Origin: a virus
Lineage: Duplodnaviria > Heunggongvirae > Uroviricota > Caudoviricetes
Virus record (IMG/VR): IMGVR_UViG_2844449076_000006
Strand: one strand, 5' to 3'
Length of the DNA: 43,173 nucleotides
Each line of letters opens with the position of its first letter. Positions within the stretch are counted from its first letter, which is position 1. Of this stretch, positions 25,577-35,540 are shown in pieces. Both the position numbers and the translations under genes were made by a program. Below the pieces are notes generated by a model, which was not told the origin of the DNA, ran no database searches, and saw nothing but the letters and a program-made list of their open reading frames with translations.

Positions 25577-25810
25577 ATGTCAACGAAGAACAGAACCCGC
25601 AGAACAACAACCCGCAACATCCGCTTTCCTAACCAAATGATTGAACAAATTAACATCGCTCTTGTTCAAAAAGGGTCCGGGAATTTCTCAGCCTGGGTCA
25701 TTGAAGCCTGCCGCCGGAGACTGTGCTCAGAAAAAAGAGTTTCGCCTGAAGCAAACAAAGAAAAGAGTGACATTACTGAATTGCTCAGAAAACAGGTTAG
25801 ACCAGATTGA
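25577..25810 (+). CDS. Small conserved lambdoid right-end protein, YlcI/DUF3950-like
   Basis: 77-aa ORF MSTKNRTRRTTTRNIRFPNQMIEQINIALVQKGSGNFSAWVIEACRRRL...; N-terminal roughly 50 aa match the small ORF next to cos in lambda/DLP12 as recalled; C-terminus differs. Confidence 0.55.
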   Translation: MSTKNRTRRTTTRNIRFPNQMIEQINIALVQKGSGNFSAWVIEACRRRLCSEKRVSPEANKEKSDITELLRKQVRPD

Positions 25811-25852
25811 AGCAATTTAGATAATCGTGCAGACTACGCCCCCTCATATCAC

Positions 25853-26278
25853 ATGGAAGGTACTACAATGGCTCAGGTTGCCATTTTTAAACAAATATTC
25901 GATAAAGTGCGAAATAATTTAAACTATCACTGGTTTTATTCTGAACTAAAACGTCACAATGTCTCACATTACATTTACTATTTAGCCACAGAGAATATTC
26001 ATCTTGTTCTTGAAAACGATAATACGGTTTTAATAAAAGGACAGGGTAAGGTTGTAAATGTAAGATTTTCAAAAAATAAATGCCTTATAGAAGCCACCTT
26101 AAAAGGATTCAAATCAGGAGAGTTATCATTTTACGAATACAGGAAAAATCTTGCTACAGCAGGGGTTTTCAGATGGATTACAAATATCCACGAAAACAAA
26201 AGGTATTACTATACCTTTGATAATTCATTACTCTTTACTGAGAACATACAGAACACTACACAAATATTTCCGCACTAA
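25853..26278 (+). CDS. Conserved lambdoid right-end protein, YbcV-like
   Basis: 141-aa ORF (likely start [18 protein letters not shown] at about 25868) resembling the ybcV/lambda right-arm ORF as recalled (…SHYIYYLAT…[10 protein letters not shown]…[13 protein letters not shown]…). Confidence 0.5.
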   Translation: MEGTTMAQVAIFKQIFDKVRNNLNYHWFYSELKRHNVSHYIYYLATENIHLVLENDNTVLIKGQGKVVNVRFSKNKCLIEATLKGFKSGELSFYEYRKNLATAGVFRWITNIHENKRYYYTFDNSLLFTENIQNTTQIFPH

Positions 26279-26457
26279 ATCATAACGTCCGGTTTCTTCC
26301 GTGCCAGAACCGGACTCGCTGGCATGATGAAATATGTGTACCCGGTAACCCCGGTGTGCATCGTTTTTGATTATTCCCGCACACTCGCGCAGAAGGAGTT
26401 CCCCGTCGGGCTACGGTCTCTGTTAATACGGGAATACGGCGACGATTGGATTTGCCC

Positions 26458-27363
26458 CTATATTTCCAGACATCTGTTATCACTTAACCCATTACAAGCC
26501 CGCTGCCGCAGATATTCCCGTGGCGAGCGATAACCCAGCGCACTATGCGGATGCCATTCGTTATAATGCTCGAACGCCTCTGCAAGGTTCTTTGCTGCCG
26601 TTAACCCGTCTGGTTTGGGCATGATACTGATGTAGTCACGCTTTATCGTTTTCACGAAGCTCTCTGCTATTCCGTTACTCTCCGGACTCCGCACCGCCGT
26701 GTTCTTCGGTTCAAGTCCCAACATCCGGGCGAACTGGCGTGTTTCATTAGCCCGGTAGCATGAACCATTATCCGTCAGCCACTCCACTGGAGACGACGGA
26801 AGATCGTTGCCGAAGCGGCGTTCCACCGCTCCCAGCATGACGTCCTGTACTGTTTCACTGTTGAAGCCGCCGGTAGTCACCGCCCAGTGCAGTGCCTCAC
26901 GATCACAGCAGTCCAGCGCGAACGTGACACGCAGTCTCTCTCCGTTATCACAGCAGAACTCGAACCCGTCAGAGCACCATCGCTGATTGCTTTCTTTCAC
27001 GGCCACTCTGCCTGTATGTGCCCGTTTCGATGGCGGTACAGCAGGTTTTCGCTCAAGCAACAGCGCATTCTGGCGCATGATCCGGTAAACACGTTTGGCA
27101 TTGATCGCAGGCATACCATCAAGTTCTGCCTGTCTGCGAAGCAGCGCCCATACCCGACGATAACCATACGTGGGCAGCTCTCCGATAACATGGTGTATAC
27201 GGAGAAGCACATCCGTATCATCAGTGTGACGACTGCGGCGGCCATCCATCCAGTCATCGGTTCGTCTGAGAATGACGTGCAACTGCGCACGCGACACCCG
27301 GAGACAACGGCTGACTAAGCTTACTCCCCATCCCCGGGCAATAAGGGCGCGTGCGCTATCCAC
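26458..27363 (-). CDS. insD: IS2 transposase OrfB (InsD)
   Basis: 301-aa ORF with IS3-family DDE transposase sequence (…WCSDGFEF…LTDNGSCY…[11 protein letters not shown]…). Confidence 0.95.
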
Positions 27364-27686
27364 TTTTTTGCCCGTCCATATTCAACGGCTTCTTTGAGGA
27401 GTTCATTTTCCATCGTTTTCTTGCCGAGCAGGCGCTGGAGTTCTTTAATCTGCTTCATGGCGGCAGCAAGTTCAGAGGCAGGAACAACCTGTTCTCCGGC
27501 GGCGACAGCAGTAAGACTTCCTTCCTGGTATTGCTTACGCCAGAGAAATAACTGGCTGGCTGCTACACCATGTTGCCGGGCAACGAGGGAGACCGTCATC
27601 CCCGGTTCAAAGCTCTGCTGAACAATTGCGATCTTTTCCTGTGTGGTACGCCGTCTGCGTTTCTCCGGCCCTAAGACATCAATCAT
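27321..27686 (-). CDS. insC: IS2 OrfA (InsC) DNA-binding subunit
   Basis: Starts [56 protein letters not shown]; overlaps insD in the -1 frame. Confidence 0.95.
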
Positions 27687-28202
27687 CTGTACTCCAATGA
27701 CTAGTCTAAAAACTAGTATTAAGACTATCACTTATTTAAGTGATACTGGTTGTCTGGAGATTCAGGGGGCCAGTCTAACGATACAGCGCATGATGTGTCA
27801 GGCTTGAATACCTTTATCCTTTAAAAGGGATATCAGTTAAGTTATCCCGTGTAGGGTATAAGCCATTATCAAAGCCACTCTGTAGGGAATGGCTTTTGTG
27901 ATGGCATCACTTACTCTTTACGCTGCTATCCCACTCATCCCGGAATTTTGATGGGTTATTGAAACCTTCTGCTGACATAACAACTCCTTCAATGTTTGGC
28001 TGAAATTGGGATGTCTTTCCATCAGTCCGCCACCACAAAGAATCTTTTTTGCCATAAGGCAGGAGGTTCATCTTTCAGTGGCTGCCGGTGTTATTTCCCC
28101 ACTTACTGGCTTGGGTTGTTTCGTGGTACTGCCGTTAACTGGTGGCCCAGAATAAATTCCGGTTTCATTATCAAGCCCACCCGTAAATGGGCTTTGTAAT
28201 GG

Positions 28203-28460
28203 CTACTTCGCTTTTGCTTCCGCTCGCTTACGCCGGCGCTCTTCTTTCCTCTCGGCTTTTGCCATGTCCATGAATGCCTGCATGATCGAGTTCCGCATCA
28301 TGTAGCTAACAAAGTGATGATTGACACAGCCGTTGAGGCGCAGCTGCTCGCCAAACTCATCCACCGAGGCCAATGCTTCCATCATGCCCTTCTCGCCTTT
28401 CATGAACTCTGAGAAGTCGCGCCCCGCTCTGGAGGCGCATTCAATAACATGATCACTCAT
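28203..28460 (-). CDS. Hypothetical small protein with strongly basic C-terminal tail; translationally coupled to upstream KilA-N gene
   Basis: 85-aa ORF MSDHVIECASRAGRDFSEFMKGEKGMMEALASVDEFGEQL...AKAERKEERRRKRAEAKAK; its start overlaps the upstream stop by 4 nt. No family recognised. Confidence 0.5.
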   Translation of the reverse strand: MSDHVIECASRAGRDFSEFMKGEKGMMEALASVDEFGEQLRLNGCVNHHFVSYMMRNSIMQAFMDMAKAERKEERRRKRAEAKAK

Positions 28461-28954
28461 CCCGGAAGCCCGGGGATCGTAATCTGCAGCTGGTTAGCCA
28501 GGGAGTTAATCTCAGCGACCAACACTGGCTTCGTATAGCGCCATGCTGCCAGCCCTTGTCCGCAGAAGCTCGCCATATCTTTCTTCTGGTCAAATTCATG
28601 ACATTTCATGTTGAGCTGCGCACTTAAGCTGTTGCGATGCTGAAGTTCTCCGGTGAAGTAGTCATCGAGGACTTTATAGGCCGCGTACTTGAACCCGGGG
28701 TTTAACCAAGCCGCATAATCGTAAGCAACAAACTTCCCGCCATATGTTCCACCGTGTACACCGCGCTCAGTAAAAACCACAGATTCGTGGTTTTTCTCCA
28801 GCTCGGCTAAGAACTCTTTGGTCTGCTTGTTTCGCAGGTAGTGGTAAGGCGATTCAGATTCACTTTTACCACTGGCTTTCCACATATCAGTGAGGCAGAT
28901 CATGCCATCTTCACCGATACGAATTGGTTGATTGAAGAGGGTTAATGATTTCAT
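28457..28954 (-). CDS. KilA-N domain protein (moron between Rz and cos)
   Basis: 165-aa ORF; N-terminal region (ICLTDMWKASGK…GGTYGGKFVAYDYAAWLNPGFKYAAYKVL) fits the KilA-N DNA-binding fold pattern as recalled. Confidence 0.6.
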   Translation of the reverse strand: MKSLTLFNQPIRIGEDGMICLTDMWKASGKSESESPYHYLRNKQTKEFLAELEKNHESVVFTERGVHGGTYGGKFVAYDYAAWLNPGFKYAAYKVLDDYFTGELQHRNSLSAQLNMKCHEFDQKKDMASFCGQGLAAWRYTKPVLVAEINSLANQLQITIPGLPG

Positions 28955-29155
28955 AGCGTGTACCTACTCTTTGAAATGAACCTTTGCCGCACAGGAAACC
29001 AGCCCACCGAGGCTCGCCAGCACTAACTGGTATCCTCAAAGGCCCATTCCAAAGGGGCAGGTTCGGTGTAAAAAACATGCGTTGCGGTACGCATTTATTG
29101 CAAAAAGCCCCGCATCGCGAGGCTCATTAAATGGACTTTGTGATTTGCAAAAAAA

Positions 29156-29626
29156 TTATTTCAGGCATTGCGTCCTGATGTATTCCTGCAGGTAGTTAAC
29201 CTGCGCGGTTATCTTGTCGATTCCACTTCGGAGACGGTAATAATTGAGTTCAGCATCTGCTGTAAGTCCTGGGCTTTCTCCATCGCCCATGCCGCTGGCT
29301 CCGGTCGTTGACTTTGCACAGGTGGCGGCGACTTGCAGGCGCTTACGCCCAGCAGAAACATCAGCACGGAGACTTTCGATAGTCGCGTTAGCATCAGCAA
29401 GCTCCTTTATGTATCTTGCGTCGAGTTCTGCTACATCACGTTGACGCTTCCGCATGTCAGCGATGGTGGCGTTCGCCTTCTCCAGTTCACTGGCCTTGTT
29501 ATCGCGCTGCTCTTTGTAGGCGATTGCGTTATCACGGTAATGATTAACAGCCAATGACAGGCAGACGATGATGCAGATAACCAGAGCGGAGATAATCGCG
29601 GTTACTCTGCTCATTGTTTCCCCCAC
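29156..29626 (-). CDS. rzpD: Spanin inner-membrane subunit Rz (i-spanin)
   Basis: N-terminal TM segment ([23 protein letters not shown]) followed by coiled-coil-like sequence; overlaps the lysozyme gene end; resembles DLP12 RzpD as recalled. Confidence 0.85.
   Translation of the reverse strand: MGETMSRVTAIISALVICIIVCLSLAVNHYRDNAIAYKEQRDNKASELEKANATIADMRKRQRDVAELDARYIKELADANATIESLRADVSAGRKRLQVAATCAKSTTGASGMGDGESPGLTADAELNYYRLRSGIDKITAQVNYLQEYIRTQCLK
29209..29400 (-). CDS. rzoD: Spanin outer-membrane lipoprotein subunit Rz1 (o-spanin), embedded in the +1 frame of Rz
   Basis: 63-aa ORF wholly inside Rz with a lipobox-like LLGVSAC and a proline-rich segment ([16 protein letters not shown]), the classic embedded Rz1 architecture. 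Confidence 0.7.
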   Translation of the reverse strand: MLMLTRLSKVSVLMFLLGVSACKSPPPVQSQRPEPAAWAMEKAQDLQQMLNSIITVSEVESTR

Positions 29627-30108
29627 AAACAGACTTCACGCTCAATCTCACGGCGAGTCATCAGTCCTTTCCATTGATTACCGCCAGCGTATGTCCAGCG
29701 CCGTAGCTGATCACATGCGCCTTTAATATCACCCTGGTTTATTTTGCGAAGAAGCGTCGATGTTCTGAAATTGCCAGCACCCACGTTGTAGACGAACGAG
29801 TAAAGAGCGCAGCGCGTTGTTTCCGGTATATCGACTTTGATGTACGGGTTAATTTGTCTGGCGACAGTGGCAAGGTCTTTATTCAGGAGGGCTTTGCACT
29901 CTGCTTCGGTATACGTTTTACCGGGAATGATGTCTTTTCCTGTATGCCCGTAACATACAGTCCATACACCAACTATGTCTTTGTAAGGATTATGTCTCAC
30001 ACCTTCCAGACCATCGTTACCACCTGGGCCAGTGATTAACACAGATGCTATAGCAATAGCCCCGCCACCAATAGCAGCAGCAACAGCTTTTCGTAATGAT
30101 GGAGGCAT
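29611..30108 (-). CDS. rrrD: Phage lysozyme/endolysin R
   Basis: 165 aa with T4-lysozyme-like catalytic region (…[25 protein letters not shown]…); matches DLP12 RrrD as recalled. Confidence 0.9.
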   Translation of the reverse strand: MPPSLRKAVAAAIGGGAIAIASVLITGPGGNDGLEGVRHNPYKDIVGVWTVCYGHTGKDIIPGKTYTEAECKALLNKDLATVARQINPYIKVDIPETTRCALYSFVYNVGAGNFRTSTLLRKINQGDIKGACDQLRRWTYAGGNQWKGLMTRREIEREVCLWGKQ

Positions 30109-30323
30109 TATCCACCTCTCGCAGCCTTGCGCTTATCTTCTTTAATCTTGAAATAAAGGTTTGTCAGGTACGTCAGCAGGCCAAATACCAGGCTACCCAG
30201 CACTCCAATTGCCGCCCACTGTGAGGGCGTGACTTTATCTAGCAGCTGTAAAAACCAGTACCCGGCACTACCTGCTGAGGTGCCATAGGCGACACCCGTT
30301 GTTAACTTATCCATGGATTTCAT
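30108..30323 (-). CDS. essD: Holin (class II, DLP12 EssD-like)
   Basis: 71 aa with two hydrophobic helices and a charged C-terminus ([13 protein letters not shown]); immediately upstream of the endolysin gene. Confidence 0.9.
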
Positions 30324-30430
30324 AACCCCACCTCGCAGACAAAGCGGGTGTAAATTGAGGGAATACTACGAAACGTAACAGACTCGGAGTCAGTGAATAA
30401 CTCAGGTATTGGGTTATCAGCTAATATCGA

Positions 30431-30468
30431 GACTCAAAAAATGGAAAAACCCGCTCGACGGCGGGTTT
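30431..30468 (-). terminator. Predicted Rho-independent terminator upstream of holin gene (approximate coordinates)
   Basis: Minus strand reads AAACCCGCCGTCGAGCGGGTTT followed by TTCCATTTTTT; 8-bp GC-rich stem. Confidence 0.45.
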
Positions 30469-30568
30469 AAGCTGTGTGACGAAGTAACCACTCTTAACAG
30501 CATAACCAATTTTGGTGATGCTGCCAACTTACTGATTTAGTGTATGATGGTGTTTTTGAGGTGCTCCA

Positions 30569-30844
30569 GTGGCTTCTGTTTCTATCAGCTGTCCCTCCTG
30601 TTCAGCTACTGACGGGGTGGTGCGTAACGGCAAAAGCACTGCCGGACATCAGCGCTATCTCTGCTCTCACTGCCGTAAAACATGGCAACTGCAGTTCACT
30701 TACACCGCTTCTCAACCCGGTACGCACCAGAAAATCATTGATATGGCCATGAATGGCGTTGGATGCCGGGCAACTGCACGCATTATGGGCGTTGGCCTCA
30801 ACACGATTTTACGTCACTTAAAAAACTCAGGCCGCAGTCGGTAA
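30569..30844 (+). CDS. insA: IS1 transposase subunit InsA
   Basis: 91-aa ORF identical to the InsA of copy 1. Confidence 0.95.
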
Positions 30845-31266
30845 CCTCGCGCATACAGCCGGGCAGTGACGTCATCGTCTGCGCGGAAATGGACGAACAG
30901 TGGGGCTATGTCGGGGCTAAATCGCGCCAGCGCTGGCTGTTTTACGCGTATGACAGTCTCCGGAAGACGGTTGTTGCGCACGTATTCGGTGAACGCACTA
31001 TGGCGACGCTGGGGCGTCTTATGAGCCTGCTGTCACCCTTTGACGTGGTGATATGGATGACGGATGGCTGGCCGCTGTATGAATCCCGCCTGAAGGGAAA
31101 GCTGCACGTAATCAGCAAGCGATATACGCAGCGAATTGAGCGGCATAACCTGAATCTGAGGCAGCACCTGGCACGGCTGGGACGGAAGTCGCTGTCGTTC
31201 TCAAAATCGGTGGAGCTGCATGACAAAGTCATCGGGCATTATCTGAACATAAAACACTATCAATAA
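30763..31266 (+). CDS. insB: IS1 transposase InsB
   Basis: 167-aa ORF identical to the InsB of copy 1. Confidence 0.95.
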
Positions 31267-31671
31267 GTTGGAGTCATTACCCCAATTTTTTACGTACGTA
31301 AACCACTAAATGATATTTGCGAGAATGCTACCGAGTATTGAAAACACCACTACAAATACATAAGCAAATCCCAACAAATAACCAACAAATAATTTCCAGT
31401 GTTATTTTTAGCCGGTTTAAATTGAACCTTCAAATTATAGAGCACTTATAAATAACAGCCGTTAATATAAATTGGCTAATAGATTTATTTTTATTCAGTC
31501 AAGAGCCATGAATAGGATTCGATAGAAAAAAGTTCAGATAAAAATAGAGATCTACTTCACAAATCAAACGAGAAACCAAAACTTACATCTTGAAATAATC
31601 ACATTGATTAGATGAATATTTATCGCGCAATGACATCATTTTTTAATAATAGTTCAAAAAAAGGGCTCACG

Positions 31672-32754
31672 ATGAAAAAATTAACAGTGGCAATTTCTGC
31701 TGTAGCTGCATCAGTACTGATGGCGATGTCTGCTCAGGCAGCTGAAATTTATAATAAAGACAGTAACAAGCTGGATCTGTACGGGAAAGTTAATGCTAAG
31801 CACTACTTCTCCTCTAATGATGCAGATGATGGTGATACTACTTATGCCCGTCTTGGCTTCAAAGGTGAAACCCAAATCAACGATCAACTGACTGGTTTCG
31901 GTCAGTGGGAATATGAATTCAAAGGCAACCGCGCTGAATCTCAAGGTTCCTCCAAAGATAAAACCCGTCTTGCCTTCGCTGGCCTGAAATTCGGTGACTA
32001 CGGCTCCATCGATTACGGCCGTAACTACGGTGTAGCATACGACATCGGTGCGTGGACTGACGTCCTGCCAGAATTCGGTGGTGACACTTGGACTCAAACA
32101 GATGTGTTCATGACTGGTCGCACCACTGGTGTTGCAACTTATCGTAACAACGACTTCTTTGGTCTGGTTGATGGTCTGAACTTTGCTGCTCAGTATCAGG
32201 GTAAAAATGACCGCACTGACGTAACTGAAGCTAATGGTGATGGTTTCGGTTTCTCCACTACTTATGAGTATGAAGGATTCGGTGTAGGTGCAACCTATGC
32301 TAAATCTGACCGCACTAATAATCAGGTTATCTACGGTAACAACAGCCTGAATGCATCTGGTCAAAATGCTGAAGTATGGGCAGCTGGTCTGAAATATGAT
32401 GCGAACAACATCTATCTGGCTACCACCTATTCTGAAACCCAGAACATGACTGTTTTTGGTAATAACCATATTGCCAACAAAGCACAAAACTTCGAAGTAG
32501 TTGCACAATATCAGTTCGACTTCGGTCTGCGTCCGTCCGTTGCTTACCTGCAATCTAAAGGAAAAGACTTGGGTGCGTGGGGTGATCAGGACCTGGTTGA
32601 ATATATTGATGTAGGTGCAACCTATTACTTCAACAAAAATATGTCCACTTTTGTTGATTACAAAATCAACCTGATTGATAAGAGCGATTTCACGAAAGCA
32701 TCTGGCGTTGCTACCGATGATATCGTTGCTGTAGGTATGGTTTACCAGTTCTAA
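31672..32754 (+). CDS. nmpC: Phage-encoded general porin, OmpC/OmpF superfamily (NmpC/Lc type), apparently full length
   Basis: Signal peptide [23 protein letters not shown], porin motifs, C-terminal aromatic residue (…VAVGMVYQF); located between Q and the lysis genes on the opposite strand, as nmpC is in DLP12. Start trimmed to MKK. Confidence 0.85.
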   Translation: MKKLTVAISAVAASVLMAMSAQAAEIYNKDSNKLDLYGKVNAKHYFSSNDADDGDTTYARLGFKGETQINDQLTGFGQWEYEFKGNRAESQGSSKDKTRLAFAGLKFGDYGSIDYGRNYGVAYDIGAWTDVLPEFGGDTWTQTDVFMTGRTTGVATYRNNDFFGLVDGLNFAAQYQGKNDRTDVTEANGDGFGFSTTYEYEGFGVGATYAKSDRTNNQVIYGNNSLNASGQNAEVWAAGLKYDANNIYLATTYSETQNMTVFGNNHIANKAQNFEVVAQYQFDFGLRPSVAYLQSKGKDLGAWGDQDLVEYIDVGATYYFNKNMSTFVDYKINLIDKSDFTKASGVATDDIVAVGMVYQF

Positions 32755-32891
32755 TTTGATTACTAAAAGATATGTTGCGGGAGGCTTTGCCTCCCCAACA
32801 TATAAGTGGCTCCCTCAAGCCACTTCCTTTAGGAGCACAACCTTGCTTCTAACTATATAAACCTTCTGTTATATATTACCCTTTATTTTTG

Positions 32892-32925
32892 GGGGCGTTG
32901 CAACGCCCCATTTTTAATAATTTTT
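32892..32925 (+). terminator. Predicted Rho-independent terminator downstream of porin gene (approximate coordinates)
   Basis: Perfect palindrome GGGGCGTTGCAACGCCCC followed by ATTTTTAATAATTTTT. Confidence 0.5.
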
Positions 32926-32942
32926 AGTAAACAATTGGCATA

Positions 32943-33326
32943 TTAATTAGAGTTATTAACAACGATATCCATCTCTAACCGGATATCTAATGCCATTAAC
33001 ATCCCTTCAATTATGCCCTCAGCCTTCTGTAACCTTTTCCCGATATAACCATCAGAGCAGCAATGCTTACCTGCCAGTGACATGAATGTCATACCGACTA
33101 CATAATAATCTACTAATAAATCGTGCAAATCGCTGTTGTTCTTTTTCAGACGGGCCATGCACCCGCAAATAATCATCGCGTCATCGTCACAACATTGCGG
33201 GCGAGATTTTACTTTTGAAGTAATTAATCCCTTAAAACCGGCGGCAATGGACGACCAGGTCACATCTTCATGATTATTAGCCGCCCACGCTCCCCAACGC
33301 TCAAGAACCATCTGAATATCACGCAT
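32943..33326 (-). CDS. quuD: Late-gene antiterminator Q (DLP12 QuuD type)
   Basis: Starts [60 protein letters not shown], matching DLP12 QuuD as recalled; sits upstream of the late genes. Confidence 0.85.
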   Translation of the reverse strand: MRDIQMVLERWGAWAANNHEDVTWSSIAAGFKGLITSKVKSRPQCCDDDAMIICGCMARLKKNNSDLHDLLVDYYVVGMTFMSLAGKHCCSDGYIGKRLQKAEGIIEGMLMALDIRLEMDIVVNNSN

Positions 33327-33548
33327 CAACTTACTCCACAAAAATCAGACCAGAACGCCAATTACAAGCAAAAATCAACAAAACAGTATTAGTTGATTGT
33401 TATCTCTGACTTCATACTCCTGCTCCTGTCAGGGTTTTGGCGTAATTCTTCAGTATTCGGTAATCGGTCAAAACAGAACCGGGGAAACGATATAAGCGCA
33501 GATGCCCCCAGCGGTGGCGAAGAAATTCTGCCATATAAAACTCAAACA

Positions 33549-33911
33549 TCATTCATTCCCCATTTCGGTGATGGTCAGTTCCAGCCTCCCACCTTTGGTA
33601 ACAGGCATCTTCACAACGCGGTAATCAACGACCTGAGCATCATCCAGCCAGAAACCTGCTTTGGTGAGTGCGTCAAAAGCGGCTTTTTGCAGATTATCCA
33701 GGTCACGGCGACGGCGATCCGGCATGTGGCACTCAATACGGATTTTCACTGGCATAGCCAGGCCGATATCCAGCATTGCGTTTTTAATGATTCGGGTGAC
33801 GTTATCGCGGTATGCCTGCCCTTCTGCGCTGATGTGTGTGCGCCCGCGATTATGGCGGTAATAGCGGTTATTGCTCGGAGGCCAGGGTAATGTGATGCTG
33901 TAGGTATTCAC
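33549..33911 (-). CDS. rusA: Holliday-junction resolvase RusA
   Basis: 120 aa, [36 protein letters not shown]…, matches E. coli RusA as recalled. Confidence 0.9.
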   Translation of the reverse strand: MNTYSITLPWPPSNNRYYRHNRGRTHISAEGQAYRDNVTRIIKNAMLDIGLAMPVKIRIECHMPDRRRRDLDNLQKAAFDALTKAGFWLDDAQVVDYRVVKMPVTKGGRLELTITEMGNE

Positions 33912-34198
33912 GCCTTAATAACCCCCTCTTTCAGCCAGATAACCTGCGTTCTCGCCATACCTTCCAGCGCGCATTCTTTTGCATACTCAGCATCGACAAA
34001 ATATGTGCGGCGGTCGATTTCGTCGTGACAGGCAGAACATGCAATGGTGGCAATCAGGTCTGGCGGTTTGATACCGGTACCGCACAATCCAGCCAGCCGG
34101 ATATGTGCCAGTACTGACGTTTCAGGATTGCCATTACATACGCCAGGGATTCTTACCTGGCATTCCCGACCACGCGCTGCTTTTCTCAAATCAGCCAT
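33908..34198 (-). CDS. ybcO: Nin-region protein YbcO (DUF1364)
   Basis: Starts [47 protein letters not shown] (Cys-rich); overlaps the ninE stop; trimmed from the longer track ORF. Confidence 0.8.
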   Translation of the reverse strand: MADLRKAARGRECQVRIPGVCNGNPETSVLAHIRLAGLCGTGIKPPDLIATIACSACHDEIDRRTYFVDAEYAKECALEGMARTQVIWLKEGVIKA

Positions 34199-34361
34199 GA
34201 TTCCTCCTTGCTGCCAGTCGCAACCATTTTTTATCAACCAGGCTAGCGGTATATCCGAGCAGTGTTGGTATTTCGGATGGCTTCAGCTCAGGCTTACGCT
34301 TACGACGATTTGATACTCTGTAGATGTGCCCGTTCATGACACGAATAAGCGGTGTAGCCAT
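34191..34361 (-). CDS. ninE: NinE
   Basis: 56-aa [59 protein letters not shown] found by manual translation (below the track size cutoff); start overlaps the ybcN stop (TAATG). Confidence 0.75.
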   Translation of the reverse strand: MATPLIRVMNGHIYRVSNRRKRKPELKPSEIPTLLGYTASLVDKKWLRLAARRNHG

Positions 34362-34816
34362 TACGCCTCCTGCTTATCGCGCAGCTGCTGGTATTCACAG
34401 CTCTGCGGAATTGTCAGGTGGCAGCCGATATTCATCGCCCAGGCTTCGACTTTGCACAGGAAGATGTACATCTCGCCGGTTTCCAGCTCTGACGTATGGC
34501 GGAGGGATTGGACGGTGGTGACCTCGCCGGACACGACATCTACACGGTCTTTGCTTTCGTAGCCGAGATAGGTGTGCTTCATCGCGTCTTTGACCCACTC
34601 AGGCGTAGCGAAGGTCTTGCCGCGGGCGATGAGATATTCGCTGATCTCCGTGTACCACATGTGGCTGAGCGCGTTCTGCGACAGGCTGCGCTTCTCGCGC
34701 CACGGCTTAACCTGCAGGCGTAAGCATTGCCCGGCATCCAGCAATGGCTGAATCTGCTGGCCGATGGCCGCGAAGTTACCGCGATGGAGTTTGATGCCGT
34801 CTACTGGCAGAGTCAT
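34361..34816 (-). CDS. ybcN: Nin-region protein YbcN
   Basis: 151 aa, MTLPVDGIKLHRGNFAAIGQQIQPLLDAGQCLRLQVKPWREKRSLSQNALSHMWYTEISEYL…, matches DLP12 YbcN as recalled. Confidence 0.85.
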   Translation of the reverse strand: MTLPVDGIKLHRGNFAAIGQQIQPLLDAGQCLRLQVKPWREKRSLSQNALSHMWYTEISEYLIARGKTFATPEWVKDAMKHTYLGYESKDRVDVVSGEVTTVQSLRHTSELETGEMYIFLCKVEAWAMNIGCHLTIPQSCEYQQLRDKQEA

Positions 34817-35080
34817 ACGGCCTCCCTAACGGAAACCGCAGAATGCAGAAAATCGCAGGTGCATTTCTGCATCTGTGACAAGGTGATGAGTTCAGATTGT
34901 GGTCGCATTTAAGTCCCCTTAAATGCGCAGAAGTCACCGGAGTTGTTCAGGCTCCGATGAGAGGATTATGGCGGATTGATTACGATAAATCAAAACTATC
35001 TTGAAGCCAAAACAGTGATCTTCGCTTTAAAAACCTTGTATACTTTCACCTAATCACAGCCAGAACTATGGATCTAACCA

Positions 35081-35458
35081 ATGACCAACAAAGAAAACAA
35101 AGATAAATATATTAACAAGTTCAAGAAAGAGCTTTCAAAATATATACAACCAACTGCTGGAGTGGACATTCAATTATTTAACTCTAAGGATGGTGGTGGT
35201 GTAATTAAAGCCACTTTGAATAGAAGTGGAAAAAGAAAATCATCTATTGCTGGTAATTTTACTAAATTAGGTGAGGCAATTACCTCGAGTGGGCAGAGGG
35301 TTTTTGGTGGTGATCTATCAAATGTGAATTTTTACGGAACAAATACGATTTTTGATGGAGATACAATATTTTTAATTAAATCACCTGATTCAGAGGAGTG
35401 GTCATCACAAAAAGCTTCCAAAGACGTAGAGGGCATCGTATTTGGAGGGAAAAAATGA
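35081..35458 (+). CDS. Hypothetical soluble protein in an AT-rich cargo cassette; no family recognised
   Basis: 125-aa ORF, Lys/Asn/Gly-rich (MTNKENKDKYINKFKKELSKYIQPTAGVDIQLFNSKDGGGVIK…); GC content visibly far below flanking phage DNA; divergent from ybcN. Confidence 0.5.
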   Translation: MTNKENKDKYINKFKKELSKYIQPTAGVDIQLFNSKDGGGVIKATLNRSGKRKSSIAGNFTKLGEAITSSGQRVFGGDLSNVNFYGTNTIFDGDTIFLIKSPDSEEWSSQKASKDVEGIVFGGKK

Positions 35459-35540
35459 TTAACATTACTACTAAGGATGCACTCAAGTCAGTGGTGAAGT
35501 AAGAGATCTAGTAATTCTTCTTGAAACTGATGGAAAAACG

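Larger units (their letters stand above)
26447..27777 (-). mobile_element. IS2: IS2, complete 1331 bp, flanked by 5-bp direct repeat ACGAT
   Basis: IS2 ends TGGATTTGCCCCTATATTTCCAGACATCTG (26447) and reverse complement of TAGACTGGCCCCCTGAATCTCCAGACAACC (27777); ACGAT at 26442-26446 and 27778-27782. Confidence 0.95.
30514..31281 (+). mobile_element. IS1: IS1 copy 2, complete 768 bp, flanked by 8-bp direct repeat CCAATTTT
   Basis: Canonical IS1 ends at 30514 and 31281; CCAATTTT at 30506-30513 and 31282-31289. Confidence 0.95.

Noticed and set aside
27996-28199. 67-aa plus-strand ORF between IS2 and the 85-aa gene
   Set aside because: Cys/Trp-rich with no start context or recognisable features, on the strand opposite the surrounding phage genes; most likely a chance ORF.
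31711-32553. 280-aa minus-strand ORF inside the porin gene
   Set aside because: Antisense to a clearly recognisable porin coding sequence; composition is atypical of real proteins.
34830-34930. Palindromes upstream of ybcN (GCATTTAAG-TCCC-CTTAAATGC near 34905-34926, and GCAGAAA…TTTCTGC) that might be operators or terminators
   Set aside because: Plausibly regulatory, but I cannot assign them to a known lambdoid site from sequence alone and neither has a convincing T-run; not reported as a feature.
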